In this document: piece by piece, positions 47,797-54,909 of the stretch
Layout: each line of letters opens with the position of its first letter
Numbering within the stretch: the stretch's first letter is position 1
Sequence record: SRR2962707_431
Length of the DNA stretch: 54,909 bases
Direction: 5' to 3' (one strand)
Made by a program: the position numbers and the translations under genes
The notes under the pieces: model-generated
Database searches by the model: none
What the model was told of the DNA's origin: nothing
Seen by the model: the letters and a program-made list of their open reading frames with translations, nothing else

Positions 47797-48149
47797 GATT
47801 GCTTATTTATAATTTCTTTTAATTCATTAACCTCCTGTGTAGAGATGTCCTCATCGTCCAGGAGTTGGGATAGCAACCCTTTGTAGGAGCCATCAAAATA
47901 GTCCGTAATCATACTTTTGAGCATTTGCTTGCGGTACTCTCCACGCTTGACCAAAGGGAAATATTGATGGGTCCTTCCATACGCCTTATGTCCCACCATA
48001 CCTTTCGTCTCTAAAATCCTGACCAGGGACGAAACTGTGTTGTAGGGTGTGGCTTCAGAAAGTTCCTCGATGATCTCTTTGACGAAGACCTCTCCTTTCT
48101 CCCAAATGATCTTCATGACCGGTTCTTCCGCTTTGGTTAATCTTTCCAT
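47793..48149 (-). CDS. BlaI/MecI/CopY family repressor
   Basis: LTKAEE.VM.IIW, PYNTVSSLVRILETKG.V.HKAYGRTHQYFP and YFDGS. Confidence 0.95.
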   Translation of the reverse strand: MERLTKAEEPVMKIIWEKGEVFVKEIIEELSEATPYNTVSSLVRILETKGMVGHKAYGRTHQYFPLVKRGEYRKQMLKSMITDYFDGSYKGLLSQLLDDEDISTQEVNELKEIINKQS

Positions 48150-48157
48150 CCGTTAAA

Positions 48158-48198
48158 TGTATAACTGATATTTCAGTTATACAACTGAAATTTTAGTT
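48158..48198. promoter_or_regulatory. Tandem palindromic operators for the BlaI-family repressor
   Basis: Perfect arms TGTATAACTGA-tatt-TCAGTTATACA (48158-48183). A second related unit AACTGAAATTTTAGTT (48183-48198) starts 20 bp after AACTGATATTTCAGTT. Confidence 0.75.
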
Positions 48199-48234
48199 TT
48201 ATACCTATAAAATCCGTTTTACTACTATTGATAC

Positions 48235-48756
48235 ATGTCCGAAACACAATTCAAAGCACCCATTCTTAAGTTTGAAAATGAACGTTTATGGAGCTATTAT
48301 GTAGCGATCCCCAAAAACATAGGAGATCAATTCATCGAGGGGGATAACAAAAGAGTGGTATGCATCATCAATGATGCGGAACCTATTCACAGTGGACTCA
48401 TGCCCAAAGGAGAAGTATACAGTATTTATGTGAAGAAACAATTCATGAAAAAAAATCATCTCACAGAGGGTGATGAGGTGAATGTTCTCCTTAAAAAAGA
48501 TTCATCTGAGTATGGGATGCCTCTTCCTGAGTCTTTCCAAGTGCTCATGGATCAGGATAAGCAAGGACACGACTATTTCAAATCACTCTCCATGGGAAAG
48601 CAGCGCACCCTGGTGCATATTGTAGGCAAAGTAAAGAATGTAGACAGCCAGCTGGCCAAGGGACTGGCTATAATGCATCACCTCAAAGAGGCTAAAGGTG
48701 AATTGGATTTCAAGCGACTAAATGAAGTGATAAAGGAGTATAATAATCGCAGGTAA
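48235..48756 (+). CDS. DUF1905 / YdeI-OmpD-associated family protein
   Basis: KRVVCIIN, D.SEYGMPLPE and F.SLSMGKQRTL. Confidence 0.85.
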   Translation: MSETQFKAPILKFENERLWSYYVAIPKNIGDQFIEGDNKRVVCIINDAEPIHSGLMPKGEVYSIYVKKQFMKKNHLTEGDEVNVLLKKDSSEYGMPLPESFQVLMDQDKQGHDYFKSLSMGKQRTLVHIVGKVKNVDSQLAKGLAIMHHLKEAKGELDFKRLNEVIKEYNNRR

Positions 48757-48780
48757 ATCAGAAAACGTTAGCTTTCAGCT

Positions 48781-49506
48781 ATGAAAAAAATCTTAGTGCT
48801 CTTTTTGTTAATTGCAGGGTTTCAGACCATCGGTCAGGAGCAACTTTATAAGGTCACATTGCTTCGAGCAAAACCGGGTGAGCTGCTCAATCTCATTGCC
48901 CAACTCAACAAAGACATTTCAAGCTATGAATCGTATCTGGAGAACAAACCCTATTTACTTCGTCATAGTCAGGGAGATCATTGGGACCTCATGCTCATCT
49001 ATCCGATTGATGAACTAGGCACCTATTTCTCAGGTGTTGAAACCCGACGAAGGGCCACATCTACTACGCTTGAAAAATCTTATGGATCCGATTTTTTTAA
49101 TTTGGTATCATTTCAGGAAGAAGCAATTGTCACAGGTCCGGGCGTAAATGTCTTCATTGAATCCTTCGAAAAATACAGGTTATTCCATATTGAAATTTTC
49201 ACAGCATTACCAGGCAAACAGGATGAATTACTCAAACAACGCCTGGCGGAAAATAAATTCTATGCAAGCATAGATCATCGACCTAATTTCATATTCACCC
49301 GATTATTTGGTCCATCATGGGACAATTTTACCATCGGTTTCTACGATGATCTCCATGATTTTGCCGGGCCGGATGTGCCTTTTGAGGAAGAAGACCAGGC
49401 CGCCAAAAATGCAGGGTTTGAAGGTGTGAATTTTATAGGGAGCTACCTACGTTCGCTGATATCAGAACATCATGATACACTAGCCTGGAAAGTGGTAAGT
49501 GACTGA
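48781..49506 (+). CDS. Secreted hypothetical protein with two NIPSNAP/dimeric alpha-beta-barrel-like repeats
   Basis: Signal peptide; [19 protein letters not shown] versus [19 protein letters not shown]; ends EHHDTL. Confidence 0.65.
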   Translation: MKKILVLFLLIAGFQTIGQEQLYKVTLLRAKPGELLNLIAQLNKDISSYESYLENKPYLLRHSQGDHWDLMLIYPIDELGTYFSGVETRRRATSTTLEKSYGSDFFNLVSFQEEAIVTGPGVNVFIESFEKYRLFHIEIFTALPGKQDELLKQRLAENKFYASIDHRPNFIFTRLFGPSWDNFTIGFYDDLHDFAGPDVPFEEEDQAAKNAGFEGVNFIGSYLRSLISEHHDTLAWKVVSD

Positions 49507-51884
49507 CCAGGTTTTGGTAGATCTTTTTTTGGATTCTGTTCATAAAGTTTAAAAGAAGCTAACTCGTTTTTCAATGTTGTGGCGATCCTGGAAAGGTCAT
49601 GCGCTTTCCTAGTATACGTTTCCATACCAGCCGAAAGCTCCGTTGATGAGGCGGCAGACTGTTCTGTTCCAGCAGCTGTCTGCTCTGAAATGACAACTAT
49701 GCTTTCCGTCTTTTTCACGATTTCCTGAATATCCGATTTCTGTAGACCGGCTGCCTTTAAAATCTCTTCCGACAGGTCTAGGGTCTCCCCGGTAGATGCT
49801 GCAATGTCCTTAAAAACCACCGATGCTTCTTTCGAAATCCGATCTCCTGACTTTACTACCTCTGCCATCGAAGACATATTTTCAGCCGCAATGAGTGTAT
49901 CACTATTGACCCCTTCAACTAATCGCTCTATCTCCCTGGCAGAAACCCTGGTTTCTTCAGCAAGCTTTCTAATTTCATCGGCAACCACAGCAAAACCCCT
50001 CCCTGCATCTCCGGCCTGTGCTGCTTCAATGGCTGCATTCAAAGCCAACAGATTCGTCTGAGAAGAAATCTCGTTAATTACTTTCAGCATTCTTGTAATC
50101 TCTTCCGAGCGGTTAGTCAAAACATTGATAGATCCGTTTGTTTTTTCCGAGTAGTTCGAAATTGCTTCCATTGACACAAGTACACTATTGATCATTTCTG
50201 AACCACGCTGGCTATCTCCCACTCCTTTCTTAGCTGCCATATTTATTTGGGCAGAATGCGATCCCATATTCCCAGAGGACTCCAGCACCCTCTCGGCTAA
50301 TGCAGAAGCTTCGTCAACCCTTAGCACCTGGGTCTGCGCACCTGCGCTCATTTGAGCAATTGCCGAGGCAATTTCCCCTGTGTTGATATTCATCTCCGTA
50401 CTGGAATGCAGCATTTCCTGAGAGGATTCATCCATTTCACCTGCCGTATCATTGATACGCAACAAGAGCATCTGCACATTATCTAGGGCTTTATTCAGAT
50501 TGTTGGTCAGGGTTTCGATATCACCTGTAGCTTCACTTTTATATCGTAGCGTCAAATCTCCTTTGGCCATCTCATTGAAGATACGGTTCAATGAAATCAA
50601 TGGGGTAGAAATGGAAAACAGAAGGTGATTGATTGAATCTGTTAATTCCCGCCATGCGCCTTTACGATCAGAAATATCGATTCTGGCCTCCAACTTCCCT
50701 TCTTCCCCTGCACGTTTTATTACGGCATTGGTGTCGTCAAGTGTAGCTTTCAGGTTATCGCGCATCTCAAGTAATGAATGCCCCAACACATCGTGTTCGC
50801 TCAGCACATCAAGCTTAGCTTCCAACTTACCTTTCCCTATTTTTTCAGCGAAAACTGATTTTGCCTTGAGGCCATCAATGAGCGTATTGATTGAGCGATG
50901 CGCCTGTCCCAATTCATCTCGAGAATTTACCCGTGCCAATTTCGGTACACGTCCCTCTGCAAGCATGCTGGTACTGGAATTTATCAGATTAATGTTTCGG
51001 GTGATTTTTCGAATGTGCCAGGTCAGGATTACCACCCCTACACAAATGATGGCAATGAAAAGAACAACCAGCGCGATCAGGTTTTGACTTACTCTTTTGT
51101 CAGCCTTCTTTGTGATATTCAAAACCAGCCCATCCACAAAAGGAACCAACTTATGGACGGATGCCCTTAACTGACCATGGTAGCCATCGTCTTCGGTCAA
51201 CCCAATTACTTTAGACACATCTACGATTTTGTTAAAGAAGAACTCATACTCATCGATCTTTTTGAATAATTCTCCCCGCTTGTCTTCGTCTTTTACTACC
51301 TGATTCAGATGGTTTTTAAAATCAACCACCCCCGCTTCAAATTTTTCGAGGTACTTGAGATCATTTCTTAGAAAAAAATCCTTTTCATGCCTCCTAAGCA
51401 TAAGCATAAAATAGCGATCATATGCTGTTTCATCATCTTCTACTGCATGAATTTTCGCCCTCAATCGGCCTTCGATCCCCCAATCCTTGAACCCTTTCCT
51501 CTGAATTAGTTTGGTGAGCTGATTGAATGTGGTCACATAGTTATTGAGGTAAAGGTCAATGCTATCTCCGGATGATATTGACAGCATTTCATCGTCCAAA
51601 AGATCAGTGGCAATGCTGTCAAGGTCCTTGGCCAATTCATCGAAAGCATATTTATAATCGCTTTCTCCTGAGGTGAGGAATGCCGGATTTTTCGATTCGC
51701 GAGCCATGAAGTCCTTCTCATGTTTTCGCATCTCCAGTAATTTGGCTTGAAAAATAAGAAGTGAATCTTTTACGCCCTGATATTGTCTTATATTCGTTAT
51801 CGCAAAATATGTCCAGATGCCGAAAACAAGTGTCAATGCATATGGAATGAGGAATTTGCCTGAGAGTCCTTTAAATAATTTCAT
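49470..51884 (-). CDS. Methyl-accepting chemotaxis protein (HBM-like sensor, poly-HAMP)
   Basis: Two TM helices; periplasmic duplicated MR(K/R)HEKDF-type motif; concatenated HAMPs; hairpin tip [35 protein letters not shown]. Confidence 0.95.
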   Translation of the reverse strand: MKLFKGLSGKFLIPYALTLVFGIWTYFAITNIRQYQGVKDSLLIFQAKLLEMRKHEKDFMARESKNPAFLTSGESDYKYAFDELAKDLDSIATDLLDDEMLSISSGDSIDLYLNNYVTTFNQLTKLIQRKGFKDWGIEGRLRAKIHAVEDDETAYDRYFMLMLRRHEKDFFLRNDLKYLEKFEAGVVDFKNHLNQVVKDEDKRGELFKKIDEYEFFFNKIVDVSKVIGLTEDDGYHGQLRASVHKLVPFVDGLVLNITKKADKRVSQNLIALVVLFIAIICVGVVILTWHIRKITRNINLINSSTSMLAEGRVPKLARVNSRDELGQAHRSINTLIDGLKAKSVFAEKIGKGKLEAKLDVLSEHDVLGHSLLEMRDNLKATLDDTNAVIKRAGEEGKLEARIDISDRKGAWRELTDSINHLLFSISTPLISLNRIFNEMAKGDLTLRYKSEATGDIETLTNNLNKALDNVQMLLLRINDTAGEMDESSQEMLHSSTEMNINTGEIASAIAQMSAGAQTQVLRVDEASALAERVLESSGNMGSHSAQINMAAKKGVGDSQRGSEMINSVLVSMEAISNYSEKTNGSINVLTNRSEEITRMLKVINEISSQTNLLALNAAIEAAQAGDAGRGFAVVADEIRKLAEETRVSAREIERLVEGVNSDTLIAAENMSSMAEVVKSGDRISKEASVVFKDIAASTGETLDLSEEILKAAGLQKSDIQEIVKKTESIVVISEQTAAGTEQSAASSTELSAGMETYTRKAHDLSRIATTLKNELASFKLYEQNPKKDLPKPGQSLTTFQASVS

Positions 51885-52006
51885 CGTTGCTGGTTTGGAC
51901 ATCCAAAGTAAAAGCGGCTATGAGAGTCCATTTTTAGGCGTGTGTTAAATAACAGTGACTATTGTCAACATTTGAATCAAAAGGATAACCAAAACTTAAA
52001 AACCGC

Positions 52007-52411
52007 ATGAAAATCAACTTATCCTACAAGGGTGATGAGGAATTCACCTCACTGAATGAATATGGTAATCCGGTGGAAATTGATATGCGTGCCAAAGAGG
52101 TAAAGGAGCATCAATCCCCGACTGAACTTTTGCTATCCGGATTGGCAGCTTGTGCGGCAGTTGAGATCGTTTCCATGGTGAAAAAGAGAAGGAAGGAATT
52201 CGTTGATTTAAAAGCAGTAGTCGAAGGAGAAAGAAGAGAGGAACACCCACGAGCATTCACAAAAATTCATCTGAAATACATCATTACATCTCCGGATTTA
52301 ACTGATGAGGAAGCTGAAAGAATTGTGGATCTGGCCACTACAAAATATTGCTCTGTTGCCGGATCATTGAGTGCTGAACAAACCCATTCATTTGAAATCG
52401 AACGACCTTAA
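52007..52411 (+). CDS. OsmC family protein
   Basis: SPTELLLSGLAAC, HPRAFTKIHL and KYCSV (two conserved Cys). Confidence 0.93.
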   Translation: MKINLSYKGDEEFTSLNEYGNPVEIDMRAKEVKEHQSPTELLLSGLAACAAVEIVSMVKKRRKEFVDLKAVVEGERREEHPRAFTKIHLKYIITSPDLTDEEAERIVDLATTKYCSVAGSLSAEQTHSFEIERP

Positions 52412-52412
52412 T

Positions 52413-52439
52413 TCATTCTATCATTCTATCATTCTATCA
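52413..52439. repeat. 8-bp tandem repeat (TCATTCTA) x3.4 at the osmC/cheC convergent junction
   Basis: tcattcta tcattcta tcattcta tca; it encodes the last codons and the stop of cheC. Confidence 0.7.
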
Positions 52440-53020
52440 AGCATCCCACTGAGCTTGTTGAATGATTTCATTTCATACATGATCAGGATGTCGCCACTGA
52501 TGTTTTTGCCTCGAACGGAAAAGTTAGTATGGCAAATGAGCACCTGGTGATATCTTTCTTTGTCCAGTTGATTATAGATACCGTCTACATTGCCCTGGTA
52601 GCTTTTTGGCATGTGGTAATCGAGTGGAGCATCCAGGATATTGCCAAATGATCCCATGATGGCATTGAGAATGATATTCCCCACTTCGATCATCAATCCA
52701 TCTTTCATTTCGTTTATGGTAGCTGAGTTTGGATCCTCATGAATAAGCAGAGAGGCAAGCAATCTGGCACTTTCCTCAGGCAAGATAACATTGGCACTGC
52801 CTTCGTATTCGCCGGAGAATCGCATCTCAACAGAGTGCACGTCATCACCTTTTCCAAGTTTTTTAATTTCTTCTAGTACATCCGTGAATGAAATGACATT
52901 GACGTAAGGCACGTTCAAAAGAATTTCTCCATCAATCATCTGACTGAGGGAGGCTGAACCTTTTCCGACACCAATATTGATGATTTCGGTAATTGTATCT
53001 ACTTGTTTTGAATTCAACAT
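52421..53020 (-). CDS. cheC: CheC-family CheY-P phosphatase
   Basis: Two D-x3-E-x2-N motifs: DTITEIINIGVG..LSQM..LNVP and DGLMIEVGNIILN..MP. Confidence 0.88.
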   Translation of the reverse strand: MLNSKQVDTITEIINIGVGKGSASLSQMIDGEILLNVPYVNVISFTDVLEEIKKLGKGDDVHSVEMRFSGEYEGSANVILPEESARLLASLLIHEDPNSATINEMKDGLMIEVGNIILNAIMGSFGNILDAPLDYHMPKSYQGNVDGIYNQLDKERYHQVLICHTNFSVRGKNISGDILIMYEMKSFNKLSGMLDRMIE

Positions 53021-53032
53021 AATTCGTATCGG

Positions 53033-53386
53033 TTAATTAAATATCCCATCCAGAATGGAAATCAATTCGTCTTTTGAAACCACCTTATTCATAAATGCAG
53101 AAGCGCCCAGGCTCAAAGCTTCTTCCTTGCGTGCTTTTTGTATGTCCGCTGTTATTACAACAACCGGCGGGACATTTTCTCTTTTTTGCAGCTCTTTCAG
53201 CACGTCTATACCTGACATACCCTGCATCAGCAAGTCCAGGAAAATGCAATCGTACGAGTCATCCAATTGCTCCAACAACGCTTCTCCGGATGGCACTGCA
53301 TTCGACTCATGACCTAATTCAGTCACGATATCCGACAATGTTTTTCGTTGAAAAAATGAATCATCTGCTATGATTATCTTTTTCAT
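53033..53386 (-). CDS. Single-domain CheY-like response regulator
   Basis: IIIADDS, FLDLLM, ITADIQ and FMNK. Confidence 0.92.
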   Translation of the reverse strand: MKKIIIADDSFFQRKTLSDIVTELGHESNAVPSGEALLEQLDDSYDCIFLDLLMQGMSGIDVLKELQKRENVPPVVVITADIQKARKEEALSLGASAFMNKVVSKDELISILDGIFN

Positions 53387-54408
53387 TCTTTGATTCTGTT
53401 TAATGTAAGAAATACTGTTGTTCCCTCTCCTTCTTTGCTTTCTACATGCACCTCGCCACCATGCAACTCTACAATCTGCTTTACAATGGAAAGTCCTAGC
53501 CCACTGGAAATTTCTCCCTCAAGGCCTTTGCGCTTAGCATTGCCAAACTTCACAAAAAGTTCGCTGAGTATGATTTCAGGCATACCGATCCCTTCATCTT
53601 TGATCATGATGACCACATTCCCATTTTTCGCTTTCAGATCAATGTGAATACTGCTTCCCGGATGACTAAACTTCACCGCATTGCTGATCAGGTTATCAAA
53701 CACACGAGTCATTTTCACTTTGTTGATAGCGACTTTGTAATCCTGGCTCTTGTCGAACTTAATTGCAATCTTTTTTTTGATGGTGAGAAGTCTGTGCGTG
53801 TTGATGTACATCTCAATGAACTCATTGAGCGACATTTGTTCGGTTTCAAGAAAATAGTTCGGTGATTCAATTTCTGCCAACTCCATCACTTCATTTACCA
53901 AACTCACCGACTTATGCGCGGTGGTTTTGATCAGGTCGAGAAACATCTTCAACTCATCAATATCCGGCTTTTCATTGATGCTATGTTGCATCAAATTCAC
54001 AACCCCAATGATTGAATTGACTGGAGACTTCATGTCATGAACTGCATTTTGCAAGTACTGAATAGACGTGTTTGATTCCGGCAGTTCCATCCACATGCTC
54101 AGTTTTTCACCGTTGATCTTCTGCGAACTACAGTAAATGGATCGCTGTTTCCTACCGGTTTTCATCGTGAACATAAGGCTGGAAGGTTGCTGCGTGATGG
54201 ACTTGAAATGACTCTTGAGTTTGACAGATTCTTTGTAGGATGAAATGTTGCCTACCTCAATTTCATCTGATTGAAACCACCCTTCTTTTAAATTGGAATT
54301 AACGACTTGGACCTTCGAGTCATTTTCCCATTTCACCAGCACATAGTCTAATGCATTGGCCATCAAGCGAGTGCTTGCCTCCTGGATAAAGTTCCCCTCT
54401 AGGCTCAT
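53383..54408 (-). CDS. Cytoplasmic sensor histidine kinase (degenerate PAS-like N-terminus, HisKA, HATPase)
   Basis: VHDMKSPV, NLISNAVKFS, DEGIGM, GLGLSIV and G.V.VESKEGEGT; ATGA overlap with the response regulator. Confidence 0.93.
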   Translation of the reverse strand: MSLEGNFIQEASTRLMANALDYVLVKWENDSKVQVVNSNLKEGWFQSDEIEVGNISSYKESVKLKSHFKSITQQPSSLMFTMKTGRKQRSIYCSSQKINGEKLSMWMELPESNTSIQYLQNAVHDMKSPVNSIIGVVNLMQHSINEKPDIDELKMFLDLIKTTAHKSVSLVNEVMELAEIESPNYFLETEQMSLNEFIEMYINTHRLLTIKKKIAIKFDKSQDYKVAINKVKMTRVFDNLISNAVKFSHPGSSIHIDLKAKNGNVVIMIKDEGIGMPEIILSELFVKFGNAKRKGLEGEISSGLGLSIVKQIVELHGGEVHVESKEGEGTTVFLTLNRIKE

Positions 54409-54493
54409 GGTTGCGGCTAGAAAACTAATATAATTCCTATTACTTTAGGGATTGTTACAATGGCTATAAAATCAAGGTGGAATCAGCATAATC

Positions 54494-54909
54494 ATGGGAA
54501 AAGACATATTAAAAGTAGGATTAGCACAAATTGCTCCTGTCTGGTTGAACCGGGAAAAGACAATTGAAAAGGTAAATCAGTATATCTCTGATGCCTCTGG
54601 TAAAGGTGCTCAGCTGGTTGTTTTTGGTGAAGCGTTACTCCCAGGTTATCCATTTTGGCTAGACAGGATGCATGCTTCTGAATTTAATTCCAAGGTGCAA
54701 AAGCAGATTCATGCACATTACATGGACCAGGCGGTATCCATCGAATCGGATCATATCAAACCGATTTGTGATTTGGCCAGACAAAATAGCATTGCTATTT
54801 ATTTGGGCACGATTGAGCGACCAGCAGATCGGGGTGGACATAGTTTGTATTGCTCCATGATTTACATTGATCAGAAGGGTACAATTCAATCGGTGCATCG
54901 AAAACTCAT
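54494..54909 (+). CDS. Carbon-nitrogen hydrolase (nitrilase) family; 3' end runs off the window
   Basis: Not in the ORF track; translated by hand: MGKDILKVGLAQIAPVWLNRE...LVVFGEALLPGYPFW...GGHSLYCS..IDQKG.IQSVHRKL (catalytic Glu and Lys). Confidence 0.92.
   Translation, partial: MGKDILKVGLAQIAPVWLNREKTIEKVNQYISDASGKGAQLVVFGEALLPGYPFWLDRMHASEFNSKVQKQIHAHYMDQAVSIESDHIKPICDLARQNSIAIYLGTIERPADRGGHSLYCSMIYIDQKGTIQSVHRKL

Noticed and set aside
46003..48149. Beta-lactam resistance locus
   Set aside because: No beta-lactamase or PBP gene, and no SxxK penicillin-binding sensor domain recognised.

Overview
A gene-dense 54.9-kb chromosomal window from a Bacteroidota genome, most consistent with a marine Cytophagales. 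Support: T9SS C-terminal sorting domains, TAnnTTTG -7 promoter boxes, a GH92, a BlaI/M56 pair and a Reg_prop/Y_Y_Y sensor kinase. About 55 CDS are supported, two of them truncated by the window edges (glycosylasparaginase at left, nitrilase-family at right). I saw no rRNA, tRNA, CRISPR array, integrase or transposase. Most of the window is housekeeping or enzymatic (aat, pccB, ppx, ftsB, M42 and M1 peptidases, amidohydrolase, MFS/ABC). The most unusual signals are: (1) a four-helix-bundle (Avd/23S-IVP-like) gene bracketed on both sides by degenerate 7-bp tandem repeats, wedged between pccB and an M42 peptidase; (2) a chemosensory-like cluster (poly-HAMP MCP plus a kinase-CheY-like-CheC operon) with no CheA/CheW in view, in a mostly non-flagellated lineage; (3) a tandem T9SS-secreted arylsulfotransferase plus YHYH protein; (4) an unannotated 34-aa hydrophobic ORF with its own terminator; (5) a decayed islet at 3.7-5.8 kb holding a REP-like inverted hairpin pair, an extreme AT tract and a ParD antitoxin whose ParE toxin is cut to 18 codons; (6) a frameshifted small two-TM gene. 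All family calls come from recognising motifs by eye; no database search was run.
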